Source: Octopus bimaculoides | Taxonomy: Eukaryota | DNA: 64,000 bases | Assembly (NCBI RefSeq): GCF_001194135.2 | Contig: NC_069000.1 | Span: 21,506,931 to 21,570,930 of the forward strand | Direction: 5' to 3' | Shown here: in pieces, positions 49,495 through 61,935 of the stretch | Layout: the number at the start of each line of letters is the position of its first letter | How positions within the stretch are numbered: the stretch's first letter is position 1 | Notes under the pieces: generated by a model | What the model was told of the DNA's origin: nothing | The model's input: the letters and a program-made list of their open reading frames with translations, nothing else | Databases searched by the model: none | Made by a program: the position numbers and the translations under genes

Positions 49495-50390
49495 TCATTT
49501 CTGTCTACCAGATTTCACTCTCGACACATTGCTAAGTCTGAGACTATAGTAGAATGCAATAATTGCTCATGGTGCCATATAGTAAGATTGAGCCCAAGAT
49601 CACATGCTTACGAAGCAAACTTTGTAACCACACAGCAATATCTCTGCTTATTACATTACAAAAAATTGTAGTTTTTAAATACAAACTGTAAAAAGGTATA
49701 TATTCTTCTCTGCAATAGAATTTCAAGTGGTTTTATATAATCCGCTCTCCTCTAGGCACAAGGCTTGAAGTTTTGTGGGAAATGGCTATTTGCTTACATT
49801 GACCTCAGTACTCAACTGATACCTTATTAACCCTGAGGAATTTGAACTCAGAATGTAAAGCTAGGGGCTGGCATGCTAATGATGCTGCCAGTTTATCACC
49901 TACATGGTTTTATGTAATGCAATATACACAGCTCTCGTAAAGCAAAATCCTTGGGTGATTGAGTTATCTATCTTCCAGCAAGTGTAATGCTGGAAGTCGT
50001 CCTCCTCCTCCTCCTCATCATTATTGATGTCCATCATTAACAAGACCAAAGAAGTTCAAAATTACATGATCTGGTGGTCTTGCTGCCGGAGATGGTGGAG
50101 ATTTATCTCCCAGCTAGCGATATAAACAAGTGTACATTTTACAATAATGTACTCTTAGATTATTGTAAGCCAATAAGGAAGTTTCTCTCATGGTATCTAC
50201 TACAGTATAGTTTGTTCTAACAGAACATCCGCATTAAAGTGGGGATAAATATTAACTGTCGGTATTAATGTTGCCTTTGTTGTTAATATATACTGAACAA
50301 AGTCTACTTGCCAAGCTCTTAATTATCTGCCCTTGGACATAACCTTATCTTCCCCACTTTTCTTTCTTGTTTCCCATGAGCAGCTTACAG

Positions 50391-50685
50391 CAATGGCTCT
50401 CAATCGGGTCCATATGATCGTTGGAGTCCATGCTAGCAAAATAGTAAATTGGGGATCTACAGTAGTATTTTAAGGGTCTATGAAAAGTTTTGATTTAAAT
50501 GTATGTATTGCAAGAAACAGCTGGGTTTCTCTAACATTTTACATTGTGCAATCTATACAAGTGAATGTGTGAATAACATAATGGGAATCTTGAAAGAAAT
50601 ATCTATAAAATTAGTTTTTAAACACCCACTAGAATAGCATAGTAAACAAAGGGGTCCATAGGTAAAAAATGTTTGAGAACCACTG
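50391..50685. mobile_element. hAT-type MITE
   Basis: TIRs CAATGGCTCTCAA / TTGAGAACCACTG; TSD not clear, since an RTE tail abuts the right end. Confidence 0.7.
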
Positions 50686-52130
50686 GTTTCATCATCATCA
50701 TCATCATACGTCCGTTTTCCATGCTGGCATGAGTTGGACGGTTTGGCTGGGGACTGGCAAGCCAGGAGGCCGCACCAGGCTCCAATCTGATCTGGTAATG
50801 TTTCTACAGCTAGATGCCCTTCCTAACACCAACCACTCCGAGAGTGTAGTGGGTGCTTTTTACGTGTCACTGGCATGGGAGCCAGTCAGGCAGCACTGGC
50901 ATCGGCCACGTTTGGATAGTGCTTTTTACGTGCTACCGGCACAGGTGCCAGTCGTGTTGGGGGAGGAGGAGCTGACACGAAAGATGCTTATTGCGTGTCA
51001 CCAGCATGAGAGCTAGTCAGGCGGCACTGGCATCAGCCACAACTACAATTTCCATTTGTAATTTTGATTTTTGATTTTACTTGACTCAATAGGTCTCCTC
51101 AAGCACTGCGTGTCGCCAGTCTAATAGTTAGGATGTAGGACTCATGACCATAAAGTTGTGGTTCTCATTTCTGGATAGGCAGTACACCGTATCTTTGAGC
51201 AAAGATCATTATTTCATATTGCCCCAGTCTAATCATCTGAAATGGAATATCATCTGGATTCTAGTGCAGCTCTCTCTTCCACCAGCTTTAAAATTCTGGA
51301 TGTCTCCTGAGTTAAAAGGGTGGTGGGGTGTGGGGGGCAAGAGGGTATCAGTGCCTGATTGCAAATACATCTTGTTATATTTTATCTTGTTTCAGTCATT
51401 AGACAGTGGCCATACTGGGGCATTGCCTTGAGGAATTTTAGCCGAACTCATCAACCAACCCCCCAGCACTTATTTCTTTTATTTTTTAAAGCTCAGTACT
51501 TATTCTATCAGTCTCTTTTGCTGAACCACTATGTTATGGGGACATAAGCACACCAACACCGGTTATCAAGCAGTGGTGAGACACATATACATATGCACAA
51601 CAAGCTTCTTTCAGTTTCTGTCTACCAAATCCACTCACAAAGCTTTGGTTGGCCCAAGGTGCCATGCAGTGAGACTGAACCTGGAATCATGTGGTTGGGA
51701 AGCAAACTTCTTCCTACACAGCCATGCCTAAGCACCTAAAATAATTGGTGAAAACTTGGCACATGTCACCAAATTAACCTCCTTGTGAATGATAGCTGGT
51801 TTTTTTTAATATTATTCATTTACTAGTTTCAGTCACTGGGACAGTGGCCATGCTGGGGCACTGATACTGATTTCAGTTGCTTTCTAATTTGTGGGGGGAA
51901 AAAAAAAAAATCACATTTTACTGATCTATGTAAATGGATAAAGCTTTTCACACCCATGCCTCAGCTATCAATTATAATTCCATGGAGAAAAATAATATAG
52001 GTTTTGAAGAAATTAAGAATTTTTGATGTATCACATTGTTCTGACCAAAAATATTACTATTTGCTATTCTTTTGTTTTTTAATTTGTGTTTTGTTTCTTT
52101 CTTTATTTTTTCTTATGTTGTGTTGAACAG

Positions 52131-52276
52131 AGAAGTTCCCAGAAATGAATTTATACACTGGTGTCAAGGGCAACACCAGTCCACTTACATTGATCACAGA
52201 AAAGATACTTGCCTATTTCCTAGGAGACAAGCTCAATATTACAGACAGGAAATTATGTACAAAACAGTCCAATGGG
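52131..52276 (+). CDS. NCSTN: Nicastrin exon 12
   Basis: gaacag| KFPEMNLYTGVKGNTSPLTLITEKILAYFLGDKLNITDRKLCTKQSNG |gtaagt; 146 nt, phase 1-0; position of Y..V, LA.L.G and the Cys fits the nicastrin C-terminal ectodomain. Confidence 0.93.
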
Positions 52277-54116
52277 GTAAGTTTTAGTGTAAATATGTAT
52301 ATATATATATATATGGTTCAAATTTATAAAAAAAACAACAGAAAACAGACAGTTGAGGGAACAACAAGCAAGGTGTATTAGTTTAATGCTTGGAAAAAAT
52401 GGAAAAGTCTTTGATGTTTCAAGCCTGTGCTCTTCAACAGAAAAGGATGAAAAAAATGGAGAGAGAGAGAAAAAAAAAGACTGAAAAAAAATGTCAAGGC
52501 TAATGGTTCCATATATATAAATTACACTGTGAAACAAAATTTTTATTTTTTTCATCTATGGTTATTTCCTATTTGCTTGTATCTTGAAATCAAATGACTA
52601 CCATTCCCTTCAAACTTTGCTTTTGTGATCTGGACATCAATTTTTGAAACTGACCTATTTTCCATTACATTTCAGACAAATTCAGCACTATGTTGCTGAA
52701 GCAGAAATATCATTACAGCAAATATTCTGCTCAATATCAGAGATTTGCTTGTCAGTTGCTTGACCTTAACCACTTGAGCATGTCCCCTTTGTAGCTGACA
52801 GTGGCTGATCATGAGCAGGAGTAGCATAGCCATGTGCAGCGAGGGATTCTTTGGGATTTGAATAAATGTAACAAAAGCAAAGTTTGAAGGAAATATTAGC
52901 CATTTTTCATGCTTTCTAGGGGTGAGCAAATAGGAAATAACAGTTGCTACCCAAGAACAAAAATTGTATTACATAATGTTGTCATATAGGTATTTACAGC
53001 AAAGTTCTATTCTGACCAACCTTCTGTAAGTCAGTAAGAACATAACATATAAGATCTAAGCATATTTGACTTTATTCTTATTTTGGTGTTAGTGTGGTGC
53101 TATTTCATATTCCTTATGAACATGTATTGTACTTTGTCAGAATTCTATTTTATCTTTTTAATAGATTATCGTATGTAGTTAATATCTTGCAATGTTTTTC
53201 TCTGATTTTCAGTGTATGATTTTTTCAAGTGACTGAACAGTCCAATTCTTGTTTGAAAATTTTCTTTGTAGTCATTTTGTATTCATTTCTTCAGTCTTGA
53301 AAATACTTGAAGCCTTAGCATGAATTGTTAGTAGATTTAGTGGCACCCATTATTTGTTTTAATCTGTTCTGCCATCTAGAATTTCAACAATCTCTCCATT
53401 TTGTGGATAGATCTTTGTTGCCTCTTTGCCATTACAATCGACCAAACTTTTTGCTGCAACATACTCAGACATCTCAAAGACACCATCGTTTTTGAAAAAT
53501 TTATTTTGAGAAACAAGATGTTCTTTGATACATTCAGATATTTAATCTAGTTTTAAGTAGGCATGCTTTGTGCATAATATGTTATCAAATTTGAATCACC
53601 AGGTAGTGCCTACATAAATAGAATGGTATATTGAAGGGTGTCTACTTAGTTTTGAGATATCTGTATACATTATTTCATTACTCTTAACAATAATAGAAAT
53701 TCTAAAAATAGATCTTCATGTTGGTTAATTATTTTCATTTCAACTTTCAAATCTATTTCCCCTGTTTCTTACCTGATGTGTTGTTAGATGGAAAAATCTT
53801 GCATTTTCATGATGCCTTTCTGGTGTGGTAAGTCCATAGAAGTTAAGTGAGACACTTGCTATATGACTCAGGTCAGATCAGATCAGATATCGTGGGGCAT
53901 GCACTGAAGTATAACTGATGCTAAGAGATACTATGCTGCTGCTCAGAGATACTGACTCTTGTACAGCATGCTGGAATGTATAGATTATTGTAGAGATAAT
54001 CATATTGTGGGTGGTGATGAGTCACAGAGTATCTGTATATACATAACATGGGAAACAAAAATATTTTACAGCCAATATTAACCCTTTCATGATGGGCATA
54101 TTTTTAATATACGTGA

Positions 54117-55410
54117 AATCCTAATAAGTAGGAAGGTAGATAAAACACAAACCCCTTCAGGTAGATGGCCCTGCTCAGTATGTAGAAAAGGAGTAGGTAG
54201 TAACTCTATAAGATGTACCCGGTGCAAGCTATGGACACATAAGAGGTGCAGCAACATCAAAGGCAGGTTAACTAGCAAGTTAGTTTTTGTTTGTGGCAGA
54301 TGTTCAGGTGCAATAAAGACTGCAAACAAACAGGAAACAACTTCTATCTCATTCCAGGGTGAAAAACTAGAGGTAGTCGATAGCTTCCGCTATCTGGGCG
54401 ACCAAGTTAGTAGTGGGGGTGGGTGCGCTGAAAGTGTAGCTGCTAGAATAAGAATAGCCTGGGCNNNNNNNNNNNNNNNNNNNNNNNNNNNNNNNNNNNN
54501 NNNNNNNNNNNNNNNNNNNNNNNNNNNNNNNNNNNNNNNNNNNNNNNNNNNNNNNNNNNNNNNNNNNNNNNNNNNNNNNNNNNNNNNNNNNNNNNNNNNN
54601 NNNNNNNNNNNNNNNNNNNNNNNNNNNNNNNNNNNNNNNNNNNNNNNNNNNNNNNNNNNNNNNNNNNNNNNNNNNNNNNNNNNNNNNNNNNNNNNNNNNN
54701 NNNNNNNNNNNNNNNNNNNNNNNNNNNNNNNNNNNNNNNNNNNNNNNNNNNNNNNNNNNNNNNNNNNNNNNNNNNNNNNNNNNNNNNNNNNNNNNNNNNN
54801 NNNNNNNNNNNNNNNNNNNNNNNNNNNNNNNNNNNNNNNNNNNNNNNNNNNNNNNNNNNNNNNNNNNNNNNNNNNNNNNNNNNNNNNNNNNNNNNNNNNN
54901 NNNNNNNNNNNNNNNNNNNNNNNNNNNNNNNNNNNNNNNNNNNNNNNNNNNNNNNNNNNNNNNNNNNNNNNNNNNNNNNNNNNNNNNNNNNNNNNNNNNN
55001 NNNNNNNNNNNNNNNNNNNNNNNNNNNNNNNNNNNNNNNNNNNNNNNNNNNNNNNNNNNNNNNNNNNNNNNNNNNNNNNNNNNNNNNNNNNNNNNNNNNN
55101 NNNNNNNNNNNNNNNNNNNNNNNNNNNNNNNNNNNNNNNNNNNNNNNNNNNNNNNNNNNNNNNNNNNNGGCTTGTGCGGGTGGCACATAAAAGACACCAT
55201 TTCGACCGTGGCCGTTTTCGTGCGGGTGACACGTAAAAGCACCCACTACACTCTCTGAGTGGTTGGCGTTAGGAAGGGCATCCAGCTGTAGAAACTCTGC
55301 CAAATCAGACTGGAGCCTGGTGTTGCCATCCGGTTTCACCAGTCCTCAGTCAAATCGTCCAACCCATGCTAGCATGGAAAGCGGACGTTAAACGATGATG
55401 ATGATGATGA
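54117..55410 (+). mobile_element. Young 5'-truncated RTE LINE (open RT C-terminal frame, gap, 3' UTR, (GAT)n tail)
   Basis: Stop-free frame ILISRKVDKTQTPSGRWPCSVCRKGVGSNSIRCTRCKLWTHKRCSNIKGRLTSKLVFVCGRC...LEVVDSFRYLGDQVSSGGGCAESVAARIRIAWA; tail ...GCGGACGTTAAACGATGATGATG. Confidence 0.92.
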
Positions 55411-57529
55411 TGTGTGGCTGTGTGGTAAGAAGTTTGCTTCCTAACTACATGATTCCGAGTTCAGACCCACTGTGTGGCTCCTTGGACAAGTGTCATCTAC
55501 TATTGCCTTGGGCTGTTCAAAGCCTTGTGAGTAGATTTGGTAGATGGAAACTGAAAGAAGCCTGTCATATATATATGCACACACGTGCCTTTGTTTGTTC
55601 CCCACACCACTTGGCAGCCGGTGTTGGTGTGTTTGTGTCCCTGTAACTTAGCAGTTTAGCAAAAGAGACTTATAAAAAAAGGCTTTAAAAAAATGTACTG
55701 GTGTTGATTCATTCGACTAAAAAGGTGGTGCCCCATGCCCCAGCACGACCACAGTCTCATGACTGAAACAAGTAAAAGATAATCAAGAATTTAATAAATT
55801 AACCTTTTCACTATTAAGACAGTTTTGGAATATAACTAAGCATAAGCTTCTTACAAGAAAAATATGATGGAAAGTTTTAATTTATGTATGAAAATTTTAA
55901 AACAATTAGTTACATATCATAGAACCAGAGACTGTCTCGGGCAAAAAGTTCAATGACAAAACTAAATTACTCTGAATTGATTTGCTGTGAGAAGTGACAA
56001 ATCTAATGTTTCAGGTACTTGATCATTTTCAGAGAGAGGAAGGACAGAGAGAATGTAGAGGCGTTGATACCTGAGTTGCAAAATTGTGAATGAGAAATGA
56101 AAGAAGGGGTAGAAATATGTAGGAGGGGAGAGGGAGAAACGCATCATGTGAGTAGTGTGGGAGCTGCATAATGTAGGAGAAATTTAAAACATGGGGATTT
56201 GGTGGTCAAAGATTGCAGCAGATCAGTTGAGATAGTGGATGTCAGGGGAAGAGAGTTAAGAGATAATTGGGGAAGCAGGGCAAAGTAAAGCAATGAATAA
56301 AATGATATATATGTACATACACACACACACACAAACACAATAAGATAGCAAACATGCAATCAACTGGGTGGGGAGTGGAAAGGGGGAGTGAGCTAGTAGC
56401 AAACACTGAAGAGCTGAGATATGAAGAAAGTTAAGAGAATTATGAATTTTAATCCTTTAGCATTCAGATTATACTATCAAATGTAATGCTTATTTATTCA
56501 CATTGTTTTGAATTAATCAGGCAATATCTTGTCGCTCTGAGATTTTGATGGTGTGATAATTTATTTTTAGAATGACATTGTGGGGTAGGCGTGAGAGGCC
56601 AGACCTGGCCAGTTTGAACATAGAACAGGTAGGATATATGAGCTGGATATGGCTGGTTTAAATGCTAGAGGGTTAAGGAGTTGTTAGAATTATAAAGGAA
56701 AAGTATGTCTAGAAAAGTGTAGTTGATGATGGAGAGGATAGAAATAGGAGAAAGAAAGAGTTGAGCGATAATGAAAGTAGAAAGGTAAACAAGTACATTA
56801 ACTGCAAGAGCTACATGCATGCCAGTATATAGTATAGTAATGGGCAAATTGTGAGTTACATACAGCCCATAGGACTTTCTGAATGGCATGCCTATGAGAG
56901 ATTACGTTGAATTTTTCTAGTAGTGCTGCCCACCTGATCAGCCATGTCCCATGTGCCCTGCTTCTTTAAAAAGTTATGGTATGTACAGTTGCATGTGCAA
57001 TGAATGTACAAACTGTAGTCGGTAAATGTGGATGCAAAGCCATATACACATAGATACAAGACAATGTAAACAAATACAGGCCAAAGATAATAAAAATAGA
57101 GTAAGCAAGTATAGGTTCAAGTGTGGCTGTATGGTAAGAAGCTTGTTTCCCAACTATATAGTTCCAGGTTCAGTCCTACTGCATGGCACCTTGGGCAAGT
57201 GTCTTCTACTATAGTTGCAGGGCCAATGAAAGCCTTGTGAGTGGATTTGGTAGACAGAAACTGAAAACTCATATGTGTCTTTATGTCTGTGTTTGTTCCT
57301 CATCACTGCTTGACAACTGGTGCTGGTGTGTTTATGTCCCCTGTAACTTTGCGGTTTGGCAAAAAAGATTGATGAAATACCAAACTTAACAAAAAAATGG
57401 TACTGGGGTCAAGTCATTCAACTAAAAAATTTTTCAGGCAATGGCCCAGCATGGCCACAGTCTAGTGACTGAAACAAATAAATTGTAAAAAGTACACTTA
57501 TCTACAAGAACTGCATGTATATGATGGTC

Positions 57530-57920
57530 AACTTAAGAGTTCATAGGCTGATCAAAATAGTTTCATGGAATGTGACAAAATGAGGTTTATTTTTCGACAT
57601 AGTCCCCTTTGTGGTCCACACACCTCTTTGGTGTTGCAGTGCTTGGATCCCATTGGTCAAACAGCTTTATGTTGGTAAAAAAAAGTCAATAACAGCAAAT
57701 ATGATGTCATCATCACTGCAATACTCGTTCCCATTCAAGTGGGGTTTTTTTATGTTGGGAACAGATTTTAGTCAGATAGGACCAAATCAGAAAATAAAGA
57801 GGGCGATCAACCAGCTCGAAAGAGCCATTGAAAGCAAGGACTTGTGTGCTGGAGCATTGTCCAGGCATTTGATCTTGATGACCTTTTTTAACTGTCTCAG
57901 TAAGTTGGCATAGTACTCTC
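57530..57920 (-). mobile_element. Mariner transposase remnant
   Basis: Minus strand has LDNAPAHKS followed by a frameshifted region ending in PNIKK, the mariner DNA-x-AH...FP-x-KK C-terminal pattern. Confidence 0.6.
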
Positions 57921-59239
57921 CATTGAGAAGGAGATGTAATATAGAGCCTGAATTTAGCAAAGTGAAAGAGTGTTGAAATGCTTGGGTTCAAGTGTGATGT
58001 GATGGACAAAAAAATATTCTGAAAGCTGAATAATGACATACAAGGTGAAAAAGAGCTTAGATGATCTAGAAGGGTTGAAAAAGATTTGGAGAGGTGAAGG
58101 AGATAGTTGATGTCCTTGATCTAAGATGGAAGAGAAGCAATCAGGGGGAACATAAGTTGGTTGAGATTGCCAGATATTAGTTTGGTAGTGGAGATGCAAG
58201 TGGAGATACAAATGGAATTGCCAAGAGTATTGGTGTTGTGGAGAAAGTAGATGGCAAAAATGTGAAGTTGATGGTAGGAGGAGATGAGCTGATGTATGAG
58301 AGTAGAGACTAGCTTTTTGTTTATACCATCACTAGAATATTTTAGGTAGAACCAGTAGTTGCTAAGTTGACTCAGGCTTCCTTAGATCAGTGTGCCAAAG
58401 AACTGCCTTTTGTCACTATACTTCACATATCTGTGCTGATGCAGTCTTTGTTCTTGCTCACTCTCTCATACCTAGTCTATCTGTTAGCTCATTTATGCTC
58501 TATCATTCATGCATACTAACATTAAACATCCAGCAGAGCATGCTTGCTTCATTTCTCTTCAACATGCACATATCGTCTGTGTTTTAATGTCCACATCTCA
58601 CTCCATCTAGCATCATATTTTGTCCACAAACAACATACAAGCTACACCTCTTTATTTGAAGAGAGAATCCTCTTGTTGCCAACAGAATAGCTCTTTGAAC
58701 TCTTTCCACCTTATCCTTACTCTGATAGGCTTTCAGTGCACCCTCCTCCATTACTCATTAAGTTGTTCAAAAGCTTTTATCTGCTTCTAATAGAGCCTTC
58801 CAAAGCATTAGCAAAAAAAATCTTCCAAGGAATCTAGTTCACTATTGCATAGACTAGTAACTATTCATGCGAAGTCTTTATTCACCATTGATCTGCTTAT
58901 GATCCCAGTACTCCTCTTGTGAACTCATAGTACACATCCTACACACTGTACTGAGTTTCTGTCAGCTCCTTATCTGCACATTATCACCCCTCCCCCCTTA
59001 TGGCAGTAAGAGTCGTGTCTTCTGCTGACTAAAACTTTCGTCTTCGCCAAGTTTACTCTAAGGTTTTGTTTCTGTGTCTGGAGTTTCTTGTCTAAGTCAT
59101 TCACAGACTCTACTTCAAGGACTTGGTTATCAGCTTTTAGGAATTCACCAACCTATAAAAGAGGAGCTTAAGACTAACTATTTAAGACAGTGTCAAGAAC
59201 TTAAATAGTTTGGTGATCAGCTAGCTGCATGCTAAATTC

Positions 59240-60300
59240 CTCACTGTCAATTTTGACTTTGCTGATTGCATTCCTGTACATGTTTTGCACTGCTTTCACA
59301 AGCACTTAATTTTCTTAAAGATAACAGATTGTGGTATCATGTTAAAAACTTTCTCCAAATCAGCAAATGCTTGGATCAGGTGGTTATTCTTAGCTAAAAG
59401 GTTTTCTCATGCCATTGTCTTACTGAAAAAAGGGCATTACAGTTTCACACAAATCCAAACTGTATTTTAAGTTGATTCTCTTCCTAATTAATTGTGTTAA
59501 TATTCTTTCCATTACTTCCACAACCTTGTTCATCAGTTTGATGCTTCTCCTTGACAATTATACTGTTATGACGGTTAGTCATTGGGTATGGTTGGTTATA
59601 TGAGTGACTAGCTGGAGCCCTACTTTGCCAGATATTTCAGCATTTCAGCAACATTACCTGATGAATCTGCTGATTTTTCCATCTTCATATTTTGAATGAC
59701 CATTTTGACCATATAACTGGTCATTTCAATAGCTGGTTGCCTTGGTGTTGTTCCTCTTCTTTGCATACATTTTCCACATTCAGCAACCTTTCATAATAAT
59801 ATTTTCAAGCCTCTTCCTCCACATCATTAGTGAGGATAAGTATGCCACTGTCATTTTCAATGTACTTTTCACCTACTATGTCTTTATTTACACCAATATA
59901 CTTTGCTTCTCTTTGAGCTATGTACATTTATTGCCTGGCTTCTCAGTTACCTCATGATATAATTCTTTGCTGCACCTTTCTGTTCTGTTCTTTCTGTTCC
60001 TGTCTTTTAGCTTTTATTGCTCTGTCAACAGTGCTATTTAAGTACCATGTTACCCTATAATTGGTTAGTATCTTGCTTCACAACAAAACTGGTCTGTAGA
60101 TTTTTGCAGGTTTCATCTTAGAACCTCCCACTTATCCTCTGTCATAGGTTTCTTTCTCCACCAATTTTACATTATAAATGATGCTTAAAAAACCAACATG
60201 TATTTAACAGAAAGATGTTTCAGTTTCCACACCTTCTTTCTTCAGAATATCTTTTGTCTCTCAGTGTGACTCGCTTTTATTCTGAAGTTACTCATCAGTA
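59240..60300 (-). mobile_element. Old RTE LINE RT fragment
   Basis: Minus strand AFADLEKVFNMIP at about 59340-59375 (the FxDLEKAFD motif); heavily mutated. Confidence 0.65.
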
Positions 60301-61832
60301 ACCTATTGTTGGATGGTACATTTTTCACTGGAGATGAAATCTATAACCATCTGCTTATCTGGCTTGCATGTTCACCTGATTGGAAGGCAATCAAGTAGCT
60401 GGTTGGTTTCTTGAAATTTATGTTGCACATAATTCATTTGTGTCACTGAACTCCAGAAGCTTTGATCTCTCTGCACTTTGACACTGTAACCCTAACCACC
60501 ATGTACATTATGATTTTACTCAATATATGCCCATTGAAAGGCAGCAAGCTGGCAGAAACGTTAGCATGCCAGGTGAAATACTTAGCAGTATTTCGTCTGT
60601 CTTTACGTTCTAGGTTCAAATTCCGCCGAGGTCAACTTTGCCTTTCATCCTTTTGGGCTCAATAAATTAAATACCAGTTGTGTACTGGGGTTGATCTAAT
60701 CAACTGCTCTCCTGCCAACATTTTGGGCCTTGTGACTACAGTAGAAAAGAATATATGTCCATTGAAGTCACTAGCCAAGAAAATAATGTTGCTTTATTAT
60801 TGAGGTTGTTTGAAACATTGTCTCATAAAAACAGTCTTTTTTTTATCAGACCAGTATCAATTGTGGTGCATGTACTACAAGTTGTCTAAGCTTAATTATT
60901 CTGTTTCATATTCTCAATACTTCAATAATGTTATCTGTTCATTTCTCTGCCAGCAGTAAGTGTACACCACTTAACCAAAATTATTATCCAGCTGGAAGAA
61001 TTTGTACCAGTGTTCTTTGTTTGTGAAGAATCTGGCTGAGGTTCTTTTGATTTTATCTCTTGAGTGCAACACACACCTACTCTCAACAGATCTACCTTTT
61101 AATATGCTTATCATTGATAGTTGCAACCCTGAGTTTCTCGTGTTGGGTGGGTTTGTCATTAAGGTCTATTTTCCATGCCTTAAAGGAAGTGTGCAATCAA
61201 TTAATGATGTTGAGACACTGTCAGACATGGTAAAAGTTTCATCTTACTACTATGCACAACACCAGCACGGTACGTGCTTGTCTTATGTACTGAGATACAT
61301 GAGAGTAATAACAAATGGAACCTTAAGTACTCAATACTGTAAAGTATTTAATTTGGTCAAGTGAAATTGATATTGTCAACTGCCAACAGTTTCCTTGTGT
61401 GAACGGAATGACTTGCATTTCTTCAGAGAGCCATGTTGAAATATGGCAGCCTGAAGAATTGAAAGTCTTCCACACAGGGAAACTGTTGGTACTTGCCAAT
61501 GTTGATTTTAGCTGACTAAATTCAACAAATTTCTGCTCTAATTAACCATGCAACTTTTGTTATGCAACATCAACTTGGTTATCTTGTGTCCTCTTGCATC
61601 TATAATCATTCTACAATAAAGAGTCAAAGACATGTTTTTTTTTCTTTTTTGTGGCTGATACCCTAATTAAAAAGGTTTATTTTGTCATTTCAATCTTGTA
61701 ACCAATTGCTGAAGCTGATATTGTCGATTGCCAATTTAAATTATTTTTGAGATATTTAAGAGAATCTTATGATATTGAAATCTGTTTCCTCTTGTGTGTT
61801 AACAAAACTTTGTTGTTTTTCTTTGTATACAG

Positions 61833-61935
61833 ATTGTGAAAGCTAATTGGATGCAGGGTAGAGATCATGAAGGCCTGTGTGTAACCGCTCCCACATACCT
61901 CACTGATGCCATATCTCCAGCTTTTATCATAGATG
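61833..61935 (+). CDS. NCSTN: Nicastrin exon 13 (last exon found in the window)
   Basis: atacag| IVKANWMQGRDHEGLCVTAPTYLTDAISPAFIID+G |gtaata; the W.QG...C......AISPAF motif is conserved; 103 nt, phase 0-1. The STWTES/TM exon was not found before 64000. Confidence 0.92.

Noticed and set aside
52072-52287. Alternative open frame across exon 12 via the AG 2 nt downstream (CAG|AG|)
   Set aside because: No similarity to nicastrin and out of phase with exon 13; open frames of this length arise by chance.
60960-61300. ORFs 61002-61364 (+) and 60971-61159 (-) as exons or a piggyBac C-terminus
   Set aside because: No nicastrin similarity, no convincing Cys-rich domain and no splice-phase fit.
16733-61832. 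U12-type or non-canonical introns in nicastrin
   Set aside because: All 12 internal donors are GT without the GTATCCTT signature and all acceptors are AG.
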